Assembly: GCA_964533275.1 (NCBI GenBank)
Contig: CAZHJK010000011.1
Coordinates: forward strand, 5,572-69,571
Source of the DNA: an uncultured Eubacteriaceae bacterium
GTDB lineage: Bacteria > Bacillota > Clostridia > Eubacteriales > Garciellaceae
Reading direction: 5' to 3'
Length of the DNA stretch: 64,000 nt
How positions within the stretch are numbered: position 1 is the first letter of the stretch; every line of letters begins with the position of its first letter. The position numbers and the translations under genes were made by a program. The notes beneath the pieces were generated by a model. That model made no database searches, had not been told where the DNA came from, and was given only the letters and a program-made list of their open reading frames with translations. This document shows positions 28,871 through 38,724 of this stretch, one piece after another.

Positions 28871-29062
28871 AATAAATAAAGTTACACATTCCTCCGGTGG
28901 CATTGATGGATAATACCGACAATTCATTCCAATGTAAATTCTAAAGCTTGAAGAACTCGCTACGCTCAAACAATTCAAGCTTTTTAACGAATTTACATCT
29001 CCATTCATTGGGTATTATGACCATCAGCTGCCAAGTCGTCTTTTTGTAAGTTTATTTATTAT
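28871..29062. other. ~190-nt extended imperfect hairpin in a 650-bp ORF-free gap (candidate 6S-like RNA or MITE-like element)
   Basis: Five helices traced by hand: 28871-86/29047-62 (15 of 16 bp), 28899-910/29022-34, 28911-18/29012-19, 28933-42/28990-99 (10 bp), 28944-53/28975-84 (10 bp). A 13x12-nt internal bubble sits at 28919-31/29000-11. Confidence 0.35.
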
Positions 29063-29410
29063 TATTAGTCAGGTTCTCATGTCACCCTAGGGCATTGTTA
29101 TTACGAGCAAGTTTGGTATTTTGGGTTTTGACTTTTGTATTTCTCATGGGTCTAGGTCTAAGATCCTTCATTATATTCAGTATGACTGCCTAACGGGATA
29201 AAATATTTCATAAAGCGACGACTTAATGGAGCCCTTTTTATCCTTATCAGGTTTACCTATATAAAATAGGGCGACATTTGCGGAGGAGTATATGAAGATA
29301 TTTTATCTCTATAATGTAAATTCAACAATGAATAATTTATCCTATACGACAATGACGCCTTTTTTTAATTTTATTCATAATAAAGAAATTCCAAGAAAGG
29401 GGTATTGTTC

Positions 29411-29674
29411 ATGATTACTATATTTAACAGAAAAGAATTAATTGTAACTTTTTCTATGAAGCAGCAAGCAAAAGTGAGGGATATGCTAAATACCAATAAA
29501 ATTGAGTACATATTAAAAACAATTAACAGAAATGGTCCTTCTTTATTTAGTAATTCAAGAGCTAGATTTGGAACATTTGGTCAAAATATGGATTTAGCAT
29601 ATGAATATATCTTTTATGTTCATAAGGATGATTATTCCAAAGCTCAAGCTATCATGTCAGGAAAAATTAAATGA
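29411..29674 (+). CDS. Small hypothetical protein (87 aa)
   Basis: ORF with AAGGGG 8 nt upstream of ATG 29411. No confident family assignment. Confidence 0.5.
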   Translation: MITIFNRKELIVTFSMKQQAKVRDMLNTNKIEYILKTINRNGPSLFSNSRARFGTFGQNMDLAYEYIFYVHKDDYSKAQAIMSGKIK

Positions 29675-29710
29675 TAATTACTTGTATTAAACTTTTCATA
29701 ATAAAAAATA

Positions 29711-29752
29711 AGTAGCCGATTGTTTGTATAATCAACAAACCAATCGGCTACT
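29711..29752. terminator. Strong hairpin. The U-tract lies only on the minus-strand side.
   Basis: agtagccgattgtttgt / acaaaccaatcggctact. The A-run upstream gives a T-run on the minus strand. Confidence 0.5.
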
Positions 29753-30171
29753 CACCATACCCTATTTGATACAATAACATACATAATCTAATACTCATTC
29801 AATCCTCTCAATCGTAAACATAACGCTTTTATACCTAAATAATAATAAACGAAATTTACAAACATTTAATTTTTATTACTGATTCTAGAAGGTTTAGTAA
29901 TGTTTAAAAAGATAATGCTAACTTTCAGCTGTAAAATGGTAATGATTTAATTTAACGCAGAAAACTAAATCATGTTGAAAATAACTTAACAACTAATTAA
30001 TATCAGGTAATAAAAAAACCCAACTTCATAACGAACTACTGAATACCAAATACTTGATAAATCTGTAATTAATGAATAGGGTATGTGGGAAGATATGTCT
30101 ATTGCTTTCTTCCGTAGTTCTATTATAGCACATATATTTAAAAATAGAAATAGAATTTTATGGAAACCTAA

Positions 30172-30858
30172 TTATTCTTTATATATGATTTGGTTCTCTT
30201 CCCTAATGTTTATAAGAGTTGTATTTTGCAAATCAATATGTTGCTCTAAATCCTTATAAAAATCATATTGTCCAAAGGAGTGCATAGGCATGACAAACTT
30301 AGGCTGCACGGTCTTAATAAAATAATTAATGGCTAAGTAAGCATATTCCTCTAATCTTGGATCTACGGGAACAAATGCAAAGTCAATAGACTTATCCTTA
30401 AATAAATCAACTTCTTTTTTAAAATCAACTTCTTCAACCTTTCGTTCTTCAGGGGTCATCCGCTTCCAATGCCACCAATTCAAATCTCCACTATGAAAGT
30501 AGTTTTTATTATTTAGGGTTACCATATAGGAATTACCTAAGTCGGTAGTTCCATAGGTAGAAATATTAACATCATTAATGATGTTGCTTTCATAGTTATC
30601 TATTAATGATAAATTCTTTATATTGGTATCTGCAATCTTAGGAGCAATATCCTTGCTAAAAATAAAATAGGCATTTTCTTGTGGGTAAAGATTTTTCATG
30701 GAATCTAGCACAAAATGATCTCCATGGGAATGGCTAGCAAATACATAGATATTTTTCATTTCCTTATTTAGATCCATTGGCAAAATAGAATCAAAAACCA
30801 ATATGTCATTTTTGTCCTCTACAATAAATCCACTATGGGATAAATGTTTTATCAGCAT
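30172..30858 (-). CDS. MBL-fold metallo-hydrolase
   Basis: HSHGDH motif. The start is moved to the ATG (MLIKHL) 6 nt after GAGGTG. Confidence 0.8.
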   Translation of the reverse strand: MLIKHLSHSGFIVEDKNDILVFDSILPMDLNKEMKNIYVFASHSHGDHFVLDSMKNLYPQENAYFIFSKDIAPKIADTNIKNLSLIDNYESNIINDVNISTYGTTDLGNSYMVTLNNKNYFHSGDLNWWHWKRMTPEERKVEEVDFKKEVDLFKDKSIDFAFVPVDPRLEEYAYLAINYFIKTVQPKFVMPMHSFGQYDFYKDLEQHIDLQNTTLINIREENQIIYKE

Positions 30859-31059
30859 CTCAATCACCTCATATTTTAATGTTACTATAAACTTACCCCA
30901 AAATAAAGAAAGATAAGCATATGAGAGATGGAAAAGTAATAATTTGAAAAAAATAAAGGTGATTGGATTATTAAATAGAATATATATGGGATATAATTTT
31001 ATGGATTATTTAAATAGAATTATTGTAAAAACAAAGAAAATAAAATAATGGAGGATATC

Positions 31060-32142
31060 ATGAAAATACATAAGGGGAAAAAAAAGTCAACAATTAAACT
31101 TGTCGGTATGAGTATTGTGGGATTCATTTTGCTTTTTTCGATCATTTCCATGATTATTGTTATGTTTATCTATAATGGACAATTTCCTAGATATGACAGA
31201 CATGATACGACGGTTACAGCAGGTTTGAGATATGAAGATCTAAAAGCGCAGTATCCAAGAAGTTTGGTAAATTTCAAATCAGGGGACAATAGATTGCAAG
31301 GATATGTTTATGGTCAAGATCAAGAGCAGGGACTTGTGGTAGTAGCTCATGGAATTGGAGGAGGAGCAGACAGCTACCTGTCTCAAATTACTTATTTTGT
31401 TGATGAGGGGTGGCGGGTTTTTGCCTATGATGCAACGGGTAGCTTCGATAGTGAAGGCAAGACGACAAAGGGATTCCCCCAAGCGTTGATTGATTTAGAT
31501 GCAGCATTGACATATATAAATACACAGGAGGAATTTGCAGGTCTGCCAATTTTATTATTTGGTCATAGCTGGGGTGGTTATGCAGTAGCTAATGTATTGC
31601 ACTATGATTATGATATTGCAGGTGTTGCTACAATAGCCGGTGCAAATAGTCCTATGGAAATGATTATAGAAGAAGGTCGGAATATGATGGGTGGTTTTAT
31701 TAATATAGAATATCCATATTTATGGTTATATCAAAGACTTTTATTTGGAGAAACAGCTTCTTTAAATGCGGTGGATGCAATCAATCGAGGAGATGTTCCG
31801 GTTCTAATTGTCCACGGCACAGAAGATGAATTTGTAGCCTATGAGGGTAGCTCCATTATTTCAAAAATAGATGCTATTACCAATCCTAATGTTAAAACCT
31901 TATCATTAAATAAGCCTGGCCACAGTGGACATAACAATCTATTCCGTAGCAATGCCGCCATGGATTATATTGATGAAATTAATATTAAATATCGTAAACT
32001 TTATGATCAATATGAACAAAACATTCCTTATGAAGTCAATCAAGATTTTTACTCAGAGGTAGATCGAGATTTAGCCCAGGACATAAATAGAGGATTGATG
32101 GATGAAATTCAAGCATTTTTCTTAGGGAGCATAGAGAAATAA
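31060..32142 (+). CDS. Membrane-anchored alpha/beta hydrolase
   Basis: N-terminal TM and nucleophile elbow GHSWGG. The start is set at the second ATG (MKIHKG) after GGAGGA. Confidence 0.8.
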   Translation: MKIHKGKKKSTIKLVGMSIVGFILLFSIISMIIVMFIYNGQFPRYDRHDTTVTAGLRYEDLKAQYPRSLVNFKSGDNRLQGYVYGQDQEQGLVVVAHGIGGGADSYLSQITYFVDEGWRVFAYDATGSFDSEGKTTKGFPQALIDLDAALTYINTQEEFAGLPILLFGHSWGGYAVANVLHYDYDIAGVATIAGANSPMEMIIEEGRNMMGGFINIEYPYLWLYQRLLFGETASLNAVDAINRGDVPVLIVHGTEDEFVAYEGSSIISKIDAITNPNVKTLSLNKPGHSGHNNLFRSNAAMDYIDEINIKYRKLYDQYEQNIPYEVNQDFYSEVDRDLAQDINRGLMDEIQAFFLGSIEK

Positions 32143-32406
32143 AATACTTTTGCTGATACATGTGAATCTTTGTATCATAGCAATGGATTAATTTACAATT
32201 GTATTGTTTGTTTTTACTATGGTTTATCTTATTATCCACAGAATTAATCTGTGGATATATTTGATTCCAAAAGCCATATATTTCATCCCATCATTCTTCA
32301 GATTAAAAGGAAAATCAATAAAACTTGACCTATATCTGTTGGCTTTTTAATAAAAAATAAGTTACAATATAGATATTGTTAACAAAATAACAAACGGGGT
32401 GAATTT

Positions 32407-34104
32407 ATGCAGTTTATTAATTATTCAAGAGAGAATTGCAATAATTGTTATAAATGTATAAGGGTGTGCTCTCCTAAGGCTATATCTATCTATGAGGATA
32501 GAGCAGAGATACTGGAAGATCATTGTATTTCCTGTGGAGAATGTTATGTTATCTGTGAGCAAAATGCTCTTTCTATAAAGAATAAGGTACATGAGGTGAA
32601 AAAGGTCATTGATTCTAGTAAAAGGGTAGCGGTGAGCCTATCCCCATCTTTCCCTGGGGGTTTTTCAGTTAAGGCAGGAAAAATTGTAAAGGCATTAAAG
32701 GTATTGGGATTTGATATTATTGAAGAAACAGCTATTGGGGGAGATATGGTTGTAGAGGCATATGAAGAATACATACAACACTCTGATAAGGATAATTTAA
32801 TTACAACTAGTTGTCCATCAACTAATTATTTAATAGAAAAATACTATCCAGAATTACTTAAATATATGATTCCAATCGTATCTCCAATGATTGCTCACGG
32901 TAAATACTTAAAGAGTAAGTATGGACATGATACTCATGTAGTTTTTATTGGTCCCTGTATTGCAAAAAAAGTTGAGGCAAACGAAAGACAACATCAAGGG
33001 GTTGTGGATTCTGTATTAACATTCGTTGAATTAGAACAGTGGTTCCAAGATGCAGGAATAAATCTAAATGAACTTTCAACCGAAGAATTTGATGGGAAAG
33101 GAAGTTTATTAGGTAAACAAATACCTTTTAGAACAAAGGTTTTAAACAAATATGAAAGGATAATAGTAACAGGAATTTCAAGGGTAAGAGAAATTTTAGA
33201 TAGTTTATCCAAGGAAGAATTAAACCATGTTTTTTTAGAGATTGCTTCCTGTGAAGGTGGATGTATTGATGGGACGGGAATGCCTAAGGATGCTACTAAC
33301 TACTATGTAAAAAGAAAACGTGTAAAAGACTATATTAATGAAACATACTTTACTTTAAAAACTGAAGATTCGGTATTAAAAGAGCCCATAAATCTTTCCA
33401 AGATTATATTTGATCAACGGGTGAAGCAACCAAAGCATTCTAAAGTGGAAATTGAAAGTATACTAAGGAGCATGGGTAAAACTAAAAAAGAGGATGAATT
33501 AAATTGTGATGCCTGTGGCTATCAGACCTGCAGAAAAAAGGCAGAATCTGTTTTAGAGGGACGATCCCAAATAAATATGTGCCTACCTTTTATGAGGGCA
33601 AAGGCGGAAAGCGTGAAGAATGTTATTTTTGACCATAGTCCAAACGCTATTTTTATGGTAGGATGTAATGATTTAAAGGTTAAGGAATTTAATCCTTCCT
33701 CTGAACGGGTCTTTCAGATTAAAGCAAGCCAGATTAGGGGGCAACGAGTTCATAATATAATACCGGAAGATATTTTTGAAAAGGTTTTAGAAACCAAAGA
33801 AAATACTGTTGGAAAAAAGATTGAATATCCTCAATATGGCGTTATTTTAATTGCAAACATTATTTATGTGAAGAAGGATAATATCCTTATGGCTATTATG
33901 AACGATGTTACTTTAGCAGAAAAAAATAAAGAGGAATTAGAACATGTAAAGAAAAATACAATAAATGCTGCTCAAGAGGTTATCAATAAACAGATGCGAG
34001 TGGCTCAAGAAATTGCCAGCCTATTAGGGGAAACCACCGCGGAGACAAAGGTTACTTTAACAAAATTAAAGGATATCGTCATTGGTGAGCGGGGTGAAGT
34101 ATAG
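32407..34104 (+). CDS. Sensory-type [FeFe]-hydrogenase-like protein (2x[4Fe-4S] + H-cluster domain + extra Cys4 motif + PAS)
   Basis: H-cluster motifs are TSCPS (second Cys of TSCCP missing), GPCIAKKVE (Met to Gly) and EIASCEGGCIDGTG (Met to Ser). Also CDACGYQTC...C, and a PAS region near aa 400-500. Confidence 0.75.
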   Translation: MQFINYSRENCNNCYKCIRVCSPKAISIYEDRAEILEDHCISCGECYVICEQNALSIKNKVHEVKKVIDSSKRVAVSLSPSFPGGFSVKAGKIVKALKVLGFDIIEETAIGGDMVVEAYEEYIQHSDKDNLITTSCPSTNYLIEKYYPELLKYMIPIVSPMIAHGKYLKSKYGHDTHVVFIGPCIAKKVEANERQHQGVVDSVLTFVELEQWFQDAGINLNELSTEEFDGKGSLLGKQIPFRTKVLNKYERIIVTGISRVREILDSLSKEELNHVFLEIASCEGGCIDGTGMPKDATNYYVKRKRVKDYINETYFTLKTEDSVLKEPINLSKIIFDQRVKQPKHSKVEIESILRSMGKTKKEDELNCDACGYQTCRKKAESVLEGRSQINMCLPFMRAKAESVKNVIFDHSPNAIFMVGCNDLKVKEFNPSSERVFQIKASQIRGQRVHNIIPEDIFEKVLETKENTVGKKIEYPQYGVILIANIIYVKKDNILMAIMNDVTLAEKNKEELEHVKKNTINAAQEVINKQMRVAQEIASLLGETTAETKVTLTKLKDIVIGERGEV

Positions 34105-35276
34105 TGAAGCTCTTTTGTGATATAGCCTATGATAGCATCAACAAACAAAATGAGGAGCTATGTGGAGATAAAGTAGAAATAGTGCATACAGAGAATAGTA
34201 CAATTATCATATTAGCAGATGGGTTAGGCAGTGGTGTAAAAGCAAATATCTTAGCTACCATGACATCTAAAATTGCAGGAACAATGTTACGAGAGGGTGC
34301 CAGTATCTCTGAAACCATAGAAACCATCATAAGTACTTTACCAGTCTGTAATGAGAGGAAGCTAGCTTACTCTACCTTTGTTATACTTAAAATTCAAAAG
34401 GATGGTAAGGCATATATGGTGGAATATGATAATCCGCCTATCTTTTTTGTAAGAAATGAAAAAAAGTTAATATTAGAAAAAAAAGTACGAATGATTCATG
34501 GGAAAAGAATATTGGAAAGTCAAATACAACTTAATAATAGGGACACTATTATCCTTGTAAGTGATGGAGTAATTCATGCAGGCGTAGGTGGAATCTTGAA
34601 TTTAGGCTGGCAATGGGAGAATGTATCGGATTATTTAATTAAACAAACTAAAATAGAAAAATGCGCCAAAAATATATCTAAGAAGCTCATTGATACCTGT
34701 ACATTTCTATATGATGAAAGACCAGGAGATGACACATCGGTGGTTGCGGTTAAATATAGAGAACAAGAAGTAATACAATTATTTGCTGGCCCACCAGAAA
34801 ATATGGATCAGGATCAAGAAATGGTAAAAAACTTCTTAGGGGCTGAAGGGAAAAAGATTATCTGTGGAGGAACAGCGGCAAATATTGTAAGTCGTGAAAC
34901 AGAAAATGAAATTGTTGTGGACTTTGAAACTGGGAATGAAGAAATTCCTCCTATGGCAAAAATGAAGGGAATACACTTGGTCACAGAGGGAGTTATTACC
35001 TTAAGTAAAGTTCTAGAGAATATAGATAATTATATTAGAAACAACCATATAAAACAAATTCCTTGGAAAAGAGATTCTAAAGATGGTGCTACTAAACTGA
35101 CAAATGTTTTAATTGAAGATTGTACTCACTTAAAGTTTTGGGTCGGTAAGGCGATTAACCCTGCCCATCAAAACCCTGATTTACCCAGGGATTTAAGTAT
35201 TAAGATACAGGTTATTGTAAAGTTGACGGAGCTTTTAAAGGGATTAGGGAAAAAGGTGGAAATCGAATATTTTTAA
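34104..35276 (+). CDS. PP2C/SpoIIE-family serine phosphatase with a C-terminal extension
   Basis: ILADGLGSG, VSDGVIHAG and DDTSVVAV motifs. GTG start overlaps the upstream stop by 1 nt. Confidence 0.75.
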   Translation: MKLFCDIAYDSINKQNEELCGDKVEIVHTENSTIIILADGLGSGVKANILATMTSKIAGTMLREGASISETIETIISTLPVCNERKLAYSTFVILKIQKDGKAYMVEYDNPPIFFVRNEKKLILEKKVRMIHGKRILESQIQLNNRDTIILVSDGVIHAGVGGILNLGWQWENVSDYLIKQTKIEKCAKNISKKLIDTCTFLYDERPGDDTSVVAVKYREQEVIQLFAGPPENMDQDQEMVKNFLGAEGKKIICGGTAANIVSRETENEIVVDFETGNEEIPPMAKMKGIHLVTEGVITLSKVLENIDNYIRNNHIKQIPWKRDSKDGATKLTNVLIEDCTHLKFWVGKAINPAHQNPDLPRDLSIKIQVIVKLTELLKGLGKKVEIEYF

Positions 35277-35309
35277 GATGAGATGAAATTAATTATCAGG
35301 AGGTACCCT

Positions 35310-35546
35310 ATGAAAACAATCAATGTATGTATTGGGAGTGCTTGTCATATAAAAGGGGCATATAAAGTAATAAATAAGTTTTTAAAAATAGTAGAAGAAA
35401 GAAAATTAGAAGATCTAGTGGTAGTAAAGGCAGCGTTTTGTCTAGGAGAATGTACCAAAGCAGTTTCAGTAAAAATCGATGAAGGGAAGATTCACTCTTT
35501 AAAAGAACAGGATGTAGAAGCTTTTATTGATAAATATATATTATAA
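35310..35546 (+). CDS. Thioredoxin-like [2Fe-2S] ferredoxin (NuoE/HydC-like)
   Basis: CIGSAC...CLGEC cysteine pattern. The start is set at MKTINV after AGGAGG. Confidence 0.7.
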   Translation: MKTINVCIGSACHIKGAYKVINKFLKIVEERKLEDLVVVKAAFCLGECTKAVSVKIDEGKIHSLKEQDVEAFIDKYIL

Positions 35547-35638
35547 TAGTAGTATAATCATATTAGGTGGGAACTCTTAACTGAAAATCCTAAAAAACTA
35601 GAGTATGAAATAGAGGATTGATAAACTGCTTCACTAGT

Positions 35639-35668
35639 GCGTGCGCTTTCTGCACGCTTTCTTTTTAT
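35639..35668 (+). terminator. Rho-independent terminator
   Basis: gcgtgc gctttct gcacgc, followed by tttcttttt. Confidence 0.6.
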
Positions 35669-35739
35669 TTATGTAGAAAATTATTTGGTTTTATATTATG
35701 ATATAAGATATTATCTAGGAAAAAGAATGGAGAAATGAA

Positions 35740-36681
35740 ATGTTAAAAAGAAAAGATATATTAGCTTATATAGCTTCTTTTATATATGCATCTATTTTTG
35801 GATTAAGTTTTTTATTTTCAAAGAAGGCTTTAGATATTACAACCCCCTTTAAGCTTATTTCCTTTAGATTTTTATTGGCATTTATAGTGTTATCCCTACT
35901 TATTCTATTTAGGATTATTAAGGTGAATTATAGGGGTAAAAATTTAAAGGGTTTATTTATACTAAGCATGACTCAGCCTGTAATCTATTTTATCTTTGAG
36001 ACCTATGGAATAAAATATAGCTCCTCATCCTATGCTGGATTAATGGTGGCTTTAATACCGATAATAGTAACCATAATGGGGATTTTTCTATTAAAAGAAA
36101 TCCCAAGTAAGATACAATGGATGTTTATATTATTATCTGTATCAGGAGTAGTCTATATTGTTTTAATGGATAGCAGTCCAGGAAGTCAAAACACCTTTCT
36201 TGGGACTGTATTCTTACTTATTGCGGTCTTTGTAGGCTCTCTATACAATATTTTATCAAGGAAAAGCTCTGTTCACTTTTCTTCCATCGAAATAACCTAT
36301 TTTATGATGGGAGCAGGAGCTATTGTTTTTAATATTATTTCATTTATTATAGACTTTATTAATGGGAACCTAGAAAATTTCTTTCAGCCATTATTAAATA
36401 AAGACTTTTTAATATCTATTTTATATTTAGGGATTTTGTCATCCATAACAGCATTCTTTTTAATTAACTTTGCCCTTTCAGCCTTGCCTGCATCAAAGGC
36501 AGTTATTTTTGGTAACCTTGCCACTGTGATTTCTATAATTGCCGGAGTTGTTTTCCTAAGGGAAGCCTTTTACTATTATCATATAATCGGATCTATTATT
36601 ATTATTTTTGGAATAATCGGGACAAACTATTTTAACGCTAGAAAGGTAAAAAGACTTAAGAGGGAAAATCAAAGTAGTTAA
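35740..36681 (+). CDS. DMT-superfamily (EamA-type) transporter
   Basis: 10 TM, two EamA-like halves. Confidence 0.8.
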   Translation: MLKRKDILAYIASFIYASIFGLSFLFSKKALDITTPFKLISFRFLLAFIVLSLLILFRIIKVNYRGKNLKGLFILSMTQPVIYFIFETYGIKYSSSSYAGLMVALIPIIVTIMGIFLLKEIPSKIQWMFILLSVSGVVYIVLMDSSPGSQNTFLGTVFLLIAVFVGSLYNILSRKSSVHFSSIEITYFMMGAGAIVFNIISFIIDFINGNLENFFQPLLNKDFLISILYLGILSSITAFFLINFALSALPASKAVIFGNLATVISIIAGVVFLREAFYYYHIIGSIIIIFGIIGTNYFNARKVKRLKRENQSS

Positions 36682-36799
36682 TCCACTAAGAAGGATTTCA
36701 CATAGAAGTAAAGAATAGATGTATTATAATATCTATATTTTATTAATGTGATACAAAATAAATTTACTTATCTAGTATAGGTTTATTAATTATGAGAGG

Positions 36800-37726
36800 A
36801 TGTTGGAATTGAAATCATTATCAAAGGGTTATTTGCTTATGATAATTTCAGGTACTTTTTATGGATTTATCGGAATTTTTGTTAGTAATTTATCTAATTA
36901 TAACATTCCTACTAGTGTTATCGCCTTTTTTCGTCCTTTAGTCGCATTTATAGTTATTTTTACATATTTACTTATTTTTAAAAGGGAGTATCTAAAGGTG
37001 GATAGAAAAAACCTTATCTATATAATCCTTATAGCAATCTCTTCCCAAACTATATTTAACCGGCTTTATTTTGCCGCTATTGAAAAAACAACAATTACAA
37101 CTGCAGCAGTAATGATCTTCACTTCTCCGATTTTCGTTGTTATTTTGGCTCGATTTATATATAAAGAATTATTTACCCTTCCTAAGATGATTGCCCTTGT
37201 GGTTGCAGTGACAGGATGTTTTTTAACATCAACAGGAGGTTCTATAGAGGAACTAAAGCTCAATGCTGTAGGCTTAGCATTAGGGCTAGGTGCTGGATTT
37301 ACCTTTGCATTTCTTCCTATTTTTAATAAAAAGCTTGTGGGGAAATGTCATTATTTAACCATTGCTTGCTATACTATGGGCTTTGGTGCACTTTTTACAT
37401 TTTTGTTAGCTGGACCACAGGCAGTAGCTTCTATCGATTATAATCTAAATTTATGGGTTAATATTATTGGACTTGGTATTATAGGCAATGCTCTTGGATA
37501 TCTTTTTTATACGGCAGCCATGTCCTACAATATACAATCATCTATGGCAAGCATAATAGTTACTATCGAAGTTCCTATAGCTGCACTAACATCTTTTATC
37601 TTTTTTCAGGAAGATATCTTTGGCATAAAACTATTGGGAATTATATTAGTTATACTTTCTGTTGCAATTATTGAATATGGTGATAGATGGTTCCTTAAGC
37701 GAAAAGAAAAAGCTCAGAGTTTATAA
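36800..37726 (+). CDS. DMT-superfamily (EamA-type) transporter, tandem paralogue A
   Basis: 10 TM. Clearly homologous to the next gene along its whole length. The start is uncertain (ATG 36800 abuts the RBS; TTG 36809 is possible). Confidence 0.8.
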   Translation: MLELKSLSKGYLLMIISGTFYGFIGIFVSNLSNYNIPTSVIAFFRPLVAFIVIFTYLLIFKREYLKVDRKNLIYIILIAISSQTIFNRLYFAAIEKTTITTAAVMIFTSPIFVVILARFIYKELFTLPKMIALVVAVTGCFLTSTGGSIEELKLNAVGLALGLGAGFTFAFLPIFNKKLVGKCHYLTIACYTMGFGALFTFLLAGPQAVASIDYNLNLWVNIIGLGIIGNALGYLFYTAAMSYNIQSSMASIIVTIEVPIAALTSFIFFQEDIFGIKLLGIILVILSVAIIEYGDRWFLKRKEKAQSL

Positions 37727-37765
37727 GTATAAGCATTCACTATCTCCTATAAGGGCAATGAAAGG

Positions 37766-38701
37766 ATGTTTAAATTGAAGCTATTACCGACCTCAAAGGG
37801 TTATTTGCTGGTAGCTATCTCAGGGGGATTTTTTGGACTCAGTGGGATGTTTGTTGAAATATTATCTGCATATAATATTCCTATCAATTTATTGGGGTTC
37901 TACCGCCCTTTAATTGCATTTATAATGATTTTTATTTATTTGCTTATAAGAAAAAGAGAATATTTAAAGGTGGATGGTAGAGGATTACTTTATATCGCTC
38001 TTTTAGGATTTGTATCTCAGACACTTTTTAATCAACTTTACTTCGCTACTATGGAAAAAACAACAATTGCAACTGCTGTTGTTTTGCTCTATACTGCTCC
38101 GATTTTTGTTGTAATTATGGCTAGATTTTTATATAAAGAATTATTTAACCTTCCTAAGCTTATTGCCCTTGTTGTTTCGGTGACAGGATGTTTTTTAGCT
38201 GCAACTGGAGGATCCTTCGAGCTACTAAAGCTAAATAGTACCGGGTTATTATTAGGAGTAGGAACTGGATTTACCTTTGCGCTTCTTCCCATAATTAGCA
38301 AAGATCTGGTGAAAAAATACCATTATTTTACTATAGCATTATATTCCATGGGTTTTGGAGCTCTTTTTAGCCTTGCTTTTATAGATATCCGTACAATAAT
38401 TCTTATTGATTACAATATAAAGATTTGGGCTAATCTCATCGCCCTTGGTTTTTTTGCCAATGCCTTCGCCTATCTATTATATATGGCTGGCATGTCCTAT
38501 AATATACAGTCATCTAAAGTAAGCATCATTAATACTGTAGAAGTTCCTGTGGCAGTGCTAACATCTTTTATTTTTTTTCAAGAATATATATTTGGCTTAA
38601 AGCTTCTGGGAATTTTGCTAGTTATACTTTCTGTTGTAATTATTGAATATGGAGAACAATTATTCCTTGTTGGCAGTGAGCGGGGTCAAGACCAGGTTTG
38701 A
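37766..38701 (+). CDS. DMT-superfamily (EamA-type) transporter, tandem paralogue B
   Basis: Shared blocks with paralogue A include REYLKVD, MEKTTI, APIFVVIMARFLYKELF and MSYNIQSS. Confidence 0.8.
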   Translation: MFKLKLLPTSKGYLLVAISGGFFGLSGMFVEILSAYNIPINLLGFYRPLIAFIMIFIYLLIRKREYLKVDGRGLLYIALLGFVSQTLFNQLYFATMEKTTIATAVVLLYTAPIFVVIMARFLYKELFNLPKLIALVVSVTGCFLAATGGSFELLKLNSTGLLLGVGTGFTFALLPIISKDLVKKYHYFTIALYSMGFGALFSLAFIDIRTIILIDYNIKIWANLIALGFFANAFAYLLYMAGMSYNIQSSKVSIINTVEVPVAVLTSFIFFQEYIFGLKLLGILLVILSVVIIEYGEQLFLVGSERGQDQV

Positions 38702-38724
38702 AAGCATGAGCTTAATGAATAATA

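Noticed and set aside
28793-29008. 71-aa minus-strand ORF in the 28.8-29.4 kb gap
   Set aside because: It has no RBS and an odd composition, and it coincides with one arm of the long hairpin. The region is better explained as non-coding.
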